Positions 37,638-46,602 are shown, numbered from the stretch's first letter. The stretch: 64,000 nt of DNA from an uncultured Gemmatimonadales bacterium (GCA_963707875.1 CAVPRU010000014.1:375766-439765), one strand, 5' to 3'. Notes: generated by a model not told the origin, from the sequence alone. A program made the numbers and translations.

Positions 37638-39942
37638 ATGACAGACGTCGAGAAGACCCGCCCCCCCTATGGCTGGGCCGCGCTCACCACCGGGCTGGTG
37701 TTTCTGATCTACTACGCCACTCTCGGGCCGACGATCGCCTTCTGGGATACCGCCGAGTACGTCGCGGCGGCCAAGGTGCTGGGCATCCCGCACCCGCCGG
37801 GCAATCCCCTCTTTGTGGTCATGGCACACGTCTTCGGGCTGCTTCCCGTAGCGGCCGGCTATGCGGCCCGGATCAACCTGTTCGCCGCCGTGACCAGCGC
37901 GACCGCCGCGGGGTTCTGGTTCCTGATCGCCGACCGCTGGCTCCGGAGCATCACCCCGTATCGCCCCCTCCGGCTGGCGGCGGCGTTTGGCGGGCACCCT
38001 GGTGGGAGCCACGATGTGGACGGTCTGGAATCAGGCCACCGTCAACGAGAAGGTGTACACCCTCTCGCTGTTGTCGATGGCGGTGGTGATGTGGGTCGCG
38101 GTCCACTGGGCCGATGATGAGCCCGGCCCCCACCGTGATCGGTGGCTGGTGCTGATCGCCTACCTGGTCACCTTGTCGTCCACCAATCACATGATGGGCG
38201 TCCTGGCCGCTCCCGCGGTCGCCATCTACATCCTGTGGACCGATTGGCGGGCGGCGCTCCGGCCCTGGGTGCTGCTGCTGGGCTGGTTGACCCTGATCGC
38301 CGTCTCCGGGGCCTGGACCCTGACGGTCGAGGGATCGGACACGGGAATGGTGATCGGGGTCGTGACCCTGGGACTGATCGGCTACGCCCTGGCCAAGGAC
38401 GGCAGGAACCCACTGCTCTACCTTGGCATCCTGGCGGTGGTGGTCGGGATCTCACTCAACTATCTGTTTCTCCCGATCCGTGCCGGGCAGTTTCCGGCGA
38501 TCAACGAAGGCGAGCCGACGACCTGGCAGGCCCTGCTGGACGTGCTCAATCGGGTCCAGTACGGCAAGCCGCCGGTCACCGCCCGGCAGGCGGATTTCCT
38601 GTCCCAGATCGGGAACTATCTGCAGTACTGGGGCTGGCAGTTTGCCCGCGACTGGCGGGTCGGCACCTCGGTGGCCACTCTGGGCTTCAGTGCGCTGGGG
38701 CTCGGGGGACTGTGGGCCCTGATCCGCCGGGACCGACGGGCCGGGGTCGCCGCGATCACCCTGCTGGGTACCCTGACCGTTGCCTTGATCTTCTACCTCA
38801 ATTTCCGATATGGCTTCTCGATGCACCCGGATCAACCGGCCCTGGCCCGGGAGGTGCGCGAGCGGGATTATTTCTTCGTCTGCTCCTTTGCCTATTTCGG
38901 CACCCTGGTCGGGCTCGGCTTCGGCGCGCTGCTCCAGGGACTGGCCGATCGCTTCCCTCAGCGCGGCCCCATGGCCTCCTGGGGGCCGGGCTGGCCCCTC
39001 CTCGCGTTGGCGGTCGTTCCTCTGCTTGGCAATCGGCTGACCGCCTCCCGGGCCCAGGAGACCACACCGCACGACTTCGCGGTCGACCTGCTGCAATCGG
39101 TGGAACCGTACGCCATCCTGATCACCGCCGGCGACAACGACACCTTCCCTCTCTGGTTCGCCCAGGAAGTCGAAGGCGTCCGACGGGATGTGACCCTGGC
39201 CAACCTCTCGCTCCTCAACACCGACTGGCACCTCCGCCAGGTCCGGCGCCGGGAGGTAAGCGAGTTCGATCTCCGGAAGGCGATCCCCCTCTGGCAGACG
39301 GAGACCGACCGCCTCCGGGTCCTCCGGCTCGGCCCCGCGGCCGACAGCTCGCAGTCCCCCTGGATCCGGCCGAGCGGCCCTGCCTTTGCCCTCTCGGAGC
39401 AGGAACTCGACAGTCTCCCCGAGCTCATGCCGATGCCGGCGCAACGGTACTTCCGGGTGGACAGCCTGGAGATGGAACTGGGGGGCGAGTACCTCCAGCG
39501 GGGGACCCTGGCCACGATCCTCCTGATCCGGGACAACCTCCGGAAACGGCCCGTCTATTTCAGCTGGAGCGCCGGGGGCATGCCGGACCAGGAGCTCGGT
39601 CTCACACCGTACCTGGTCACCGAGGGGTTGGTCCGCCGGCTGTCGCCGACTCCGGTCAACGAAGGCGGCCCGATCGTGTTCAGCCGGGGACTCGGGTTCG
39701 TGGACATGGAGCGCAGCTCCGCCCTGCTGTGGGACGTGTATCGGTGGGCCGGCGCCGCCCGGGCCCGACCCAGAGGCTGGGTGGACACCCCGTCGTCCTC
39801 GATTCTCCAGCTCTATGCCATCGTCTACGGCGGGATCGCCGGGACCTATCGGGATCTGGGCGACAGCACGACCGCCGCCCGGGCCGATTCGGTTTCGCTG
39901 GCCGTCCGGACGGCCCTGACTCCCCGGTTCAACCCCGACTGA
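37638..39942 (+). pseudogene. DUF2723 (GT117/TMEM260-like) polytopic membrane glycosyltransferase-like protein, with a 1-nt frameshift near 37989
   Basis: The N-terminal 117 aa from ATG 37638 (YYATLGPTIAFWDTAEYVAAAKVLGIPHPPGNPLFV...RPLRLAAAF) continue in the frame of ORF 37987..39942 (AGTLVGATMWTVWNQATVNEKVYTLSLL...). Removing one G at TTTGGCGGG (37986-37994) joins them. Confidence 0.8.
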
Positions 39943-39956
39943 CCCCGGAGGCCCCG

Positions 39957-40403
39957 ATGGGGATTCAACTCGAGACACCAGTTGTCCTGAACGCCTCGCA
40001 CGAGGAGGCCATCGAGATCGTGACCGCGGCGCTCAAGGACGCGGGATTCGGGGTCCTCACCCGGATTGACCTTCACCAGGCGTTCCTGGAAAAGCTCGGG
40101 GTGGCCCATCCACCGCACACCATCCTCGGGGCCTGCAATCCGCCCCTGGCGCACAAGGCCATCGGCGCCGATCCGCTGGTCGGGTTGATGCTCCCCTGCA
40201 ATGTCACGGTGGAGCAGACCGCGGAGGGCGCCGTCGTCCGGGTGGTGGACCCGGAGACCATGCTGGGATCCGGACTCGACCCCGGCCCGTCCCTCACGGA
40301 GGTGGCGCGGGACGCCGCGATCAGACTCCGGGGAGTGCTGCAGGCGCTCCGGGCTGAGGAACCACACCGAAACGGCGTCCGCGGACCCCACCCCCGGCCG
40401 TGA
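39957..40403 (+). CDS. DUF302 domain-containing protein
   Basis: VTAALKDAGFGVLTRIDLHQAFLEKLG....HTILGACNPPLAHKAI..DP.VGLMLPCNVTV is the DUF302 pattern. The ATG is at 39957; the rest of the 753-aa ORF-track frame is an overlap artefact. Confidence 0.75.
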   Translation: MGIQLETPVVLNASHEEAIEIVTAALKDAGFGVLTRIDLHQAFLEKLGVAHPPHTILGACNPPLAHKAIGADPLVGLMLPCNVTVEQTAEGAVVRVVDPETMLGSGLDPGPSLTEVARDAAIRLRGVLQALRAEEPHRNGVRGPHPRP

Positions 40404-40807
40404 GCACCGCTAGATTCCTCGAACACACCGGTGAGGTTCGACTGGAAGTGCGGGCTGCCACCATGGAGGATCTGTTCGTCGGTACCGCTCTGGCGTTCGG
40501 CGCACTGGAGCGGGAGGCCATTCCCGATACCGGCCGCCGGGTCACCCACCGCGTCACGCTGGCCGCAGCGGACCAGCCGGGCCTGCTGGTGGACTGGATC
40601 AACGAACTGGTCTTCCTGGCAGAGAGCCAGGCCTGGATTCCCGAGCAGGTCGAGTTGAAACTGGTTGGGCCCGCAGCCCTGGAGGCAACGATCCAGGGGC
40701 TCGGCCTGGAGCACCCCCCAGCCCTGGTCAAGGCCGCCACCCACCACCAGCTGAAGCTCTCCCAAACCGATGACGGCTGGCTCGGGGAGGTCGTGCTCGA
40801 TGTCTGA
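40400..40807 (+). CDS. archease (RtcB activator)
   Basis: MSTARFLEHTGEVRLEVRAATMEDLF...LVDWINELVFL...VKAATHHQLKL is the archease signature, with N-terminal ..EHT.D/E.. and C-terminal KA.T.H. GTG 40400 overlaps the DUF302 stop (GTGA). Confidence 0.85.
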   Translation: MSTARFLEHTGEVRLEVRAATMEDLFVGTALAFGALEREAIPDTGRRVTHRVTLAAADQPGLLVDWINELVFLAESQAWIPEQVELKLVGPAALEATIQGLGLEHPPALVKAATHHQLKLSQTDDGWLGEVVLDV

Positions 40808-42236
40808 GATCCGGCAGTTCCCCGTGGGGCGGCTGGACCAGTGGACCTGGGAGGTCCCCACCACCGCTCATCCCGGCATGCGGGTTCCAGCCCGGATCTT
40901 TGCCGACGAGGTCCTGTTCGAGAAGATCCGCAGCGACCGGTCGATTGAACAACTGGTCAACGTGGCCACCCTCCCAGGCGCCACCGACTGGGTCGTGGCG
41001 ATGCCGGACGCCCATGAGGGGTACGGCTTCCCAGTCGGCGGGGTGGCCGCGCTCGCAGTGGACGACGGCGTCATTTCCCCGGGCGGTGTGGGGTACGACA
41101 TCAACTGCGGGGTCCGGCTGCTCGCCTCCTCACTGTCCCGGGCCGACCTGGCTGACCGGTTGGAGCCGGTGGTGCACGACCTCAGCCGGACCCTCCCGTC
41201 GGGCACCGGCCGCGGCGGCGCCATTGCGCTGACCGACGCCCAGATGGTCCGGGTGCTCGGCGAGGGAGTCGGCTACCTGGTGGAGCGCGGGTTGGCCACT
41301 GCCGAGGACGTCGAGGTCACCGAAAGCCGGGGCTGTCTGCCTGGCGCCCACCCCGATCGCGTCTCCCATCGAGCCAAGCAGCGGGGCCGCAGTCAGTTGG
41401 GCACCATCGGTTCCGGCAACCATTTCGTCGAAGTCCAGGCCGTCGACCGGATCTTCGACGCAGCGGCCGCGGCCTGCTACGGACTGTGGGAGGGTCAGGT
41501 GACTGTCCTGATCCACACCGGCTCGCGGGGACTCGGCCATCAGGTCTGTACCGACTACGTCCGGCTGATGGGTCAGGCAATGACCCGGTACCGAATCCAA
41601 CTGCCGGATCGACAACTGGCCTGCGCCCCGTTTGCCAGCCCGGAGGGCCAGGAGTACTTCGGGGCCATGTGCGCCGCGGCCAACTTCGCCTGGAGCAACC
41701 GCCAGGCGTTGACCCACCTTACCCGGGAGGTGTTCGCCCGGGCCTTCGGGGACCGGGGTTCGCTCCGACTGGTCTACGACATTGCCCACAACATCGCGAA
41801 GGTGGAGACCTACCACGGCCGGGACCTCTGCATCCACCGGAAAGGGGCGACCCGAGCCTTCGGCCCCGCCAACCCCGAAACCCCAGCGCGCTACCGGGTC
41901 GCTGGCCAGCCGGTCTTCATCCCGGGAAGCATGGGGACCGCGTCCTATGTGCTGGCGGGCAACGATGCTGCCCTGGAACGCAGTTTCGGCAGCGCCTGCC
42001 ACGGCGCCGGGCGCGCCATGAGCCGCACCGCGGCCAAGCGGGCCACCACCGGGGCCATGGTTCGACGGTCGCTCGCCGAGCAGGGAATCGTGATCCGCTG
42101 CGCCTCAAACCCCGAGCTGGCCGAAGAGGCTCCCCTGGCCTACAAGGATGTCGAGCGAGTGACCGAGTGCATCGATCGCGCCGGCCTGGCGCGGCGGGTC
42201 GCACGACTGCGGCCGCTGGGAGTCATCAAGGGCTGA
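40800..42236 (+). CDS. rtcB: RNA-splicing ligase RtcB (3'-phosphate/5'-hydroxy RNA ligase)
   Basis: QLVNVATLPG......AMPDAHEGYGFPVGGV, GGVGYDINCGVR, GSGNHFVE, HTGSRGLGHQV, FIPGSMGT.SYV, CHGAGR and APLAYKD. ATG 40800 overlaps the archease end by 8 nt. Confidence 0.95.
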   Translation: MSEIRQFPVGRLDQWTWEVPTTAHPGMRVPARIFADEVLFEKIRSDRSIEQLVNVATLPGATDWVVAMPDAHEGYGFPVGGVAALAVDDGVISPGGVGYDINCGVRLLASSLSRADLADRLEPVVHDLSRTLPSGTGRGGAIALTDAQMVRVLGEGVGYLVERGLATAEDVEVTESRGCLPGAHPDRVSHRAKQRGRSQLGTIGSGNHFVEVQAVDRIFDAAAAACYGLWEGQVTVLIHTGSRGLGHQVCTDYVRLMGQAMTRYRIQLPDRQLACAPFASPEGQEYFGAMCAAANFAWSNRQALTHLTREVFARAFGDRGSLRLVYDIAHNIAKVETYHGRDLCIHRKGATRAFGPANPETPARYRVAGQPVFIPGSMGTASYVLAGNDAALERSFGSACHGAGRAMSRTAAKRATTGAMVRRSLAEQGIVIRCASNPELAEEAPLAYKDVERVTECIDRAGLARRVARLRPLGVIKG

Positions 42237-42245
42237 CCACCTGAG

Positions 42246-42271
42246 CTGACCGGACTGATTCCTGTCAGTTT
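42246..42271 (+). terminator. weak hairpin 10 nt after the rtcB stop
   Basis: CTGACCGG-actgatt-CCTGTCAG (one C/T mismatch) followed by TTTCAC. The T tract is short. Confidence 0.3.
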
Positions 42272-42313
42272 CACGATCTCCTCATCCATCAAGTGGTAGC
42301 TTTGTTTTGCCTT

Positions 42314-42401
42314 GCGGGATACTGGCTTGGCAGGTGGGCCCTGGCTCCTGGATCGATGCGAGATGACGGCCGCTGGAGCAGGTGCGGTCCCCAGTATCCC
42401 G
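42314..42401 (+). ncRNA. candidate structured RNA element closed by an 11-bp long-range stem
   Basis: cgggatactgg (42315-42325) is the perfect reverse complement of ccagtatcccg (42391-42401) and encloses 65 nt containing GCTCC...GGAGC. It is preceded by an unusually AT-rich stretch (42268-42312) and followed directly by a strong terminator. No known family recognised. Confidence 0.3.
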
Positions 42402-42404
42402 ATT

Positions 42405-42437
42405 AGAGCCGCCCAGGTCACGGGCGGCTCTTCTTCT
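42405..42437 (+). terminator. strong GC hairpin with a pyrimidine tail, 14 nt upstream of the HhH gene start
   Basis: AGAGCCGCCC-aggtcac-GGGCGGCTCT forms a 10-bp perfect stem and is followed by TCTTCT. Next come GAGAGGGGG (RBS-like) and GTG 42452. Confidence 0.55.
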
Positions 42438-42451
42438 GAGAGGGGGCCTCC

Positions 42452-43360
42452 GTGATCGCTCGGGCCGGGCCGGTGATAGCCAACCAGGAACCTGCCGCGC
42501 TGCTGCGCCGGACCGCGGAACTGCTCGCCGCCCAGGGCGAAGACGGCTTCAGAGTACGGGCCTACCACCGGGCCGCAGAGACCGTCTCCCAACTCCCGGA
42601 GCCCGTGGCCCACCTGCTCGCCCGGGAGGGACTCGGCGGATTGATCGCGCTGCCGGGAATCGGGCGCGGGATTGCGGCCGACCTGAGCGAGTACGTCCAC
42701 TGTGGACGGCTCCCGGCCCTCGAACGGCTCGCGGGACGGGCCGATCCCATCACCCTGCTCGCCTCGCTCCCCGGTATAGGAGTGATCCTCGCGGACCGGA
42801 TCCACCACGATCTGGGCATTGGAAGCCTCGAGGATCTCGAGCTCGCAGCCTGGGATGGCCGACTGGAGCAGGTGCCGGGGATCGGACCCCGCCGGGTGGC
42901 AGTGATCCAAGCCACTCTTGCCACTCGACTGCGGCGCCGGTGGACACCGACTGAACCGCGGAGCGAGGTCGGCCCCCCCGTTGCCGAACTCCTGGAGGTG
43001 GACCGGGAGTACCGCCGAAAGGCGCGGGCCGCGAAGCTCCCGACCATAGCCCCGAGACGCTTCAACCCCCGCCGAGAAGCCTGGCTCCCGGTCCTCCATA
43101 CCTCTCGCGGCGGACGGAACTACACGGTGCTGTTCTCCAACACCGCCGCAGCGCACCGGCGCGGGCGAACCGACGATTGGGTGGTGCTCTACTACGAAGG
43201 TCGCGGCCGGGAGGGTCAAGCCACCGTGGTGACCGAACGGACCGGCCGCCTCCGCGGAAGGAGGGTCGTGCGGGGGCGCGAACTCGCGTGCTTCCGGCAC
43301 TACGGAGTCTGGCGGCCTCCCGATCCCCATCGCGACACCAACGGCAACGGGGTGATCTGA
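42452..43360 (+). CDS. helix-hairpin-helix DNA-binding protein resembling the N-terminal (8 kDa/fingers) part of family X polymerases, with no polymerase or PHP domain
   Basis: N-terminal NQEPAALLRRTAELLAAQGEDGFRVRAYHRAAETV, then three HhH motifs (LPGIGRGIAADL, LPGIGVILADRI, VPGIGPRRVAVI), then a basic C-terminal ~110 aa (WLPVLHTSRGGRNYTVLFSNTAAAHRRGRTDDWVVLYY). Confidence 0.7.
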   Translation: MIARAGPVIANQEPAALLRRTAELLAAQGEDGFRVRAYHRAAETVSQLPEPVAHLLAREGLGGLIALPGIGRGIAADLSEYVHCGRLPALERLAGRADPITLLASLPGIGVILADRIHHDLGIGSLEDLELAAWDGRLEQVPGIGPRRVAVIQATLATRLRRRWTPTEPRSEVGPPVAELLEVDREYRRKARAAKLPTIAPRRFNPRREAWLPVLHTSRGGRNYTVLFSNTAAAHRRGRTDDWVVLYYEGRGREGQATVVTERTGRLRGRRVVRGRELACFRHYGVWRPPDPHRDTNGNGVI

Positions 43361-43373
43361 CCACCGATTCGCT

Positions 43374-44291
43374 TCAGGCGCCCGACCGCACCACCAGCAC
43401 GTCGCAGGGGGCCCGTTCCAGCACCGCCTCGGCCACGCTCCCCAGAATCAACCGATTCACCCCGGTCCGCGCCGCCGATCCCACGGCGATCAGATCAGCG
43501 TTCCGCCTGCGAGCCACTTCCAGCAGCAGGGTGCGGGGGTCGGCCGGCTCGATCACCTGACGCCACTCCTTGCCCGCCACCACCAGTGACTCGAGAGCAA
43601 GCTCCATCCGGCCTCGTCGATCGCCGAGCATCTTGGCCGTCTCGAATCGCCGGACCCGCGGCTCGTTGAGGATCAGCCCGGGCGGAATGTTCTCCAACGG
43701 ATCCTGGTAGCCATGGACTGCCGTCAGCCGACCGGTGAGTGGCACCAGCTGGCGGGCGAGCCGGGCCGCTCGGGCAGAAACCGGTGTCAGGTCATGCCCG
43801 ACCACAGCGTGGCGATACCCCGCGGCGGCGGGCCGGGATACCACCAGGACCGGTCGACGGGCCAGCCGGACCAGCCGACGGGCGGTGGAACCCAGCAAGG
43901 CCCGCTGCAGGCGGGACAGGCCCCGCCGCCCGATGCAGATCAGCTCGGCATCGATTACCTCGGCGAGGCGGGCGATTGCCTCGGCGGGCTTTCCCTTCAT
44001 CACCTTGGTCGCCACCGTCACGTCGTGGCGGTCTCGGCGACGGAGCCACACTTCCAGCCTCTGCTGCGCCGCCTCGAGTTCCAGCTCGGCAGCCCCCAAG
44101 ATGACCGACTCGGCCGACCGCTGGACCCCCTCAGGGAGGACGTAGGCCAGCAACAGATGGGCCCCGGACCGGAGCGGCAGCCGGGAGGCCCGGCGGACTG
44201 CCCTGCCGCCGTCGAGTGACAGGTCCGTCGCGATCAGGACCCGTTTCAGTCCGATCGCGTTGAGCAGCATCCCGTCCTTCCGCTTTGCCAT
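43374..44291 (-). CDS. tandem universal stress protein (2 x UspA domains)
   Basis: Two Usp repeats, each ending with the ATP-binding-type pattern (LICIGRRGLSRLQRALLGSTARRLVRLARRPVLVV and LIAVGSAARTGVNRLILGSVAEAVLERAPCDVLVV). Confidence 0.85.
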   Translation of the reverse strand: MAKRKDGMLLNAIGLKRVLIATDLSLDGGRAVRRASRLPLRSGAHLLLAYVLPEGVQRSAESVILGAAELELEAAQQRLEVWLRRRDRHDVTVATKVMKGKPAEAIARLAEVIDAELICIGRRGLSRLQRALLGSTARRLVRLARRPVLVVSRPAAAGYRHAVVGHDLTPVSARAARLARQLVPLTGRLTAVHGYQDPLENIPPGLILNEPRVRRFETAKMLGDRRGRMELALESLVVAGKEWRQVIEPADPRTLLLEVARRRNADLIAVGSAARTGVNRLILGSVAEAVLERAPCDVLVVRSGA

Positions 44292-44303
44292 CCCGGACTC
44301 CGG

Positions 44304-44738
44304 CTAAAAGGCCAGCGTGGGCGCCTGCTTGGCCAGCAACTGGCCGATGATGGCCACCTCGTCCACCACCAGTTCCAGCACGTCATCAAGACTCAGCAAC
44401 CCCGCCAGCGCCCCACCGGGCCCGGTCACCACCAGACGGCGGACCCCGGCGTGGGCCATCCGCGTCATGGCCTGTTCGATCGGGGTGTGTTCGTCCACGG
44501 CCTGGACCGGCGCCGTCATGACGTCCCGCAGCGGAGTCTGGTCCGGGTCACGATTCGTGGCGAGGCACCGCAACACCAGATCCCGATCGGTGACAATCCC
44601 GAGCGGCGCCTCGGTCGGCCCGGCCACCACCACCAGAGTCCCGACGTCGTGTTCGCCCATCCTCCGGGCAATCTCTCGAACCGTTTCTTCGGGCGCGGCC
44701 GTCGCCACCACCCGAGTGCAAATGCGTCCAACCGACAT
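44304..44738 (-). CDS. CBS domain pair protein
   Basis: 144 aa with two CBS motifs (VGTLVVV......GIVTDRDLV and GVRRLVVTGPGGALAGLLSLDDVL). Confidence 0.85.
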   Translation of the reverse strand: MSVGRICTRVVATAAPEETVREIARRMGEHDVGTLVVVAGPTEAPLGIVTDRDLVLRCLATNRDPDQTPLRDVMTAPVQAVDEHTPIEQAMTRMAHAGVRRLVVTGPGGALAGLLSLDDVLELVVDEVAIIGQLLAKQAPTLAF

Positions 44739-44847
44739 GGAATTACCCTCCTCTCGAGCTCCGACTTGAAAGATGGCGCCGGGGCTGTGAAGCAGGGCTG
44801 AAGGGCCGGTGAAACGACGGGCGGGGCCTTATCTTCCTGTCGAGCCA

Positions 44848-44934
44848 GGCGTGGTGGCCGAGTGGTTGAAGGCAGCGGTCTTGAAAACCGCCAGCGGGGA
44901 AACCCGCTCGTGGGTTCGAATCCCACCCGCGCCG
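44848..44934 (+). tRNA. tRNA-Ser (anticodon TGA)
   Basis: GGCGTGGTGGCCGAGTGGTTGAAGGCAGCGGTCTTGAAAACCGCCAGCGGGGAAACCCGCTCGTGGGTTCGAATCCCACCCGCGCCG. It has a 7-bp acceptor stem (one G-U pair), anticodon loop CTTGAAA, a long variable arm, and T loop TTCGAAT. Confidence 0.92.
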
Positions 44935-45005
44935 TACCCGTTCCGATCCCGTGGCACACTGCTGGCCCCTCTGGGGACCAACCTCGTGACCTGGATGATG
45001 GGCGA

Positions 45006-45425
45006 ATGTCTGGTTTTCGACACGATCTGATGATGCTGGTGGGAGCAGTCTCCCTGGCGGCCTGCGCCACAACAGAACCCAGTTCCGGCCTCCCGGCCGG
45101 CGCGGTCGAACTCCACCCCAGGCTGGCCTACCAGGCCTGGTTCCAGAAAACCGAGGCCTGCTCCGGGATGTCAGGCGCGTTTCAGAACGTGCAATGGTAT
45201 GTGGTTCCTGGAGTTGAGACGTTTTCCACAGACCAGGGCCCCAAGGTCGGCATGTGGCTCAAGACCAGCAGAGGGGACGCCATCGTCCTCGCGGGGAACT
45301 ACCAGGAACACGAGATGGTCGTCCGGCATGAGATGCTCCACAGCCTGATCGGGACAGCGGGGCACCCCTCCAGCTACTTCGTGGACCGCTGCCAACTGAC
45401 CTGGGAGACCTGGCTGGCCGGCTGA
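45006..45425 (+). CDS. small lipoprotein with an HExxH motif (putative zinc metallopeptidase-like)
   Basis: ATG 45006 gives MSGFRHDLMMLVGAVSLAAC|ATTEP (lipobox), and VVRHEMLHSL provides HExxH. 139 aa. The ORF-track upstream extension overlaps the tRNA. Confidence 0.55.
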   Translation: MSGFRHDLMMLVGAVSLAACATTEPSSGLPAGAVELHPRLAYQAWFQKTEACSGMSGAFQNVQWYVVPGVETFSTDQGPKVGMWLKTSRGDAIVLAGNYQEHEMVVRHEMLHSLIGTAGHPSSYFVDRCQLTWETWLAG

Positions 45426-45498
45426 TCTGATGTAGCGAGGTAACCCCATCGTGTTGCCCGGGCACCGCACGGGCAGAGTCCGTACCACAACCCACCCA

Positions 45499-46602
45499 TC
45501 AGGTCATCATCACCCGGAACCGCCGGGTTGCGACCACCATCCCCAGCGCGGCCATGGTGACCAGGGTCATCAGCTGGGGCCAGAGGTCGTTCAGCCCGGC
45601 ATCCTTGAGAAAGATCCCGCGGACGACTTCCAGGAAATGCCGCAGCGGATTCAACAGGGTGGCCACCTGGAACGCTTCCGGCATGCTCGAGATCGGAAAC
45701 ATGAGCCCGGAGAAGATCAGGGCCGGCAGCATGAACAGGAACATCGACATGAACGCCTCCTGCTGGGTCCGGGAGATGGTCGAGATCAGGAGGCCGAGGG
45801 ACAGCCCCGCCACCAGGAACGGTACCGCTGCACCGAGCAGCAGCAGCACGGAGCCCCGGAAGGGGATATCGAACCAGAGGACCGCCAGAGTGGACACCAT
45901 GGCGAGGTCCACGACCCCGATCACCGCGACGGGGAGAGTCTTCCCGAGCATCAGCTCGGTGGGGCTGATCGGACTGACGATCAACTGCTCCCAGGTCCCC
46001 ACTTCCCGCTCCCGGACCACACTCAGCGAGGTGAGCAGCATGGTGATCAGCAGGAGGAGCGCCCCCATCACGGCGGGGACATTCCAGACCCGGCTCTCGA
46101 GAGACGGGTTGTACCACGCCCGCGGTTCCAACACGACCCCGGCGGGATCGCCGGCCAGATCCTGGGCGAGCCAGCGGATGATGCCCTGGATGTAGCCGAG
46201 GGCGATGTTGCCGGTGTTGGAGTCGGTGCCATCGAGCAGGGCCTGCATCGTGGCGCCGCGGCCGGCGCGAAGGTCCCGACTGAAATCGGGCGGGATCTCC
46301 AGGCTGATGAGGGCGGTGCTCCGCTCAAGGGCCCTCGGAATCTCCTCGGCCCGCTCCGCCTGCCGCACCACCTGGAAATAGCCCGACGCCGTCAGCCGAT
46401 CGACGAGGGCCCGGCTGTCTGCGCTCCGGTCGAGGTCGAGCACGATCAGGGGGACCTCCCGGACATCAGTGGACACCGCGTATCCGAAGAGAACCAGCTG
46501 GATGAGGGGGGCCACGAAGATGACCCCCCGCATCCGGATGTCCCGGAGCATCTGACGCGTCTCCTTGCGCCCCATCCGGAAAACCCGGGACCAGGAGATC
46601 AC
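45499..46602 (-). CDS. ABC-2 type transporter permease (YbhR/YbhS-like)
   Basis: N-terminal FRMGRKETRQMLRDIRMRGVIFVAPLIQLVLFGYA, a large extracytoplasmic loop, and then 5 more TM segments. This is ABC-2 family topology. Confidence 0.85.
   Translation of the reverse strand: MISWSRVFRMGRKETRQMLRDIRMRGVIFVAPLIQLVLFGYAVSTDVREVPLIVLDLDRSADSRALVDRLTASGYFQVVRQAERAEEIPRALERSTALISLEIPPDFSRDLRAGRGATMQALLDGTDSNTGNIALGYIQGIIRWLAQDLAGDPAGVVLEPRAWYNPSLESRVWNVPAVMGALLLLITMLLTSLSVVREREVGTWEQLIVSPISPTELMLGKTLPVAVIGVVDLAMVSTLAVLWFDIPFRGSVLLLLGAAVPFLVAGLSLGLLISTISRTQQEAFMSMFLFMLPALIFSGLMFPISSMPEAFQVATLLNPLRHFLEVVRGIFLKDAGLNDLWPQLMTLVTMAALGMVVATRRFRVMMT

Noticed and set aside
38142-40403. The 753-aa and 578-aa plus-strand ORFs (38142..40403 and 32704..34440), considered as large novel proteins.
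   Set aside because: Only their last 148 aa (DUF302, from ATG 39957) and last 180 aa (GmhB-like, from GTG 33898) are protein-like. The upstream parts are out-of-frame overlaps of DUF2723 and selA.
42405-42431. Resemblance of CGTGACCTGGGCGG (minus strand of the terminator hairpin) to conserved ZTP/pfl-riboswitch segments. This was tempting because purH, purN and glyA are in the window.
   Set aside because: It is on the wrong strand and in the wrong location relative to any purine or folate gene. The rest of the pfl architecture is absent. The sequence is fully explained as a terminator stem.
44848-44934. tRNA-Ser(TGA), considered as the selenocysteine tRNA (selC) because selA is in the window.
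   Set aside because: The anticodon is TGA (reading UCA), not TCA (reading UGA). The acceptor stem is 7 bp, not the 8 bp of bacterial tRNA-Sec. The D-arm is a normal Ser type. The same conclusion holds for the GCT isoacceptor at 54754-54844.
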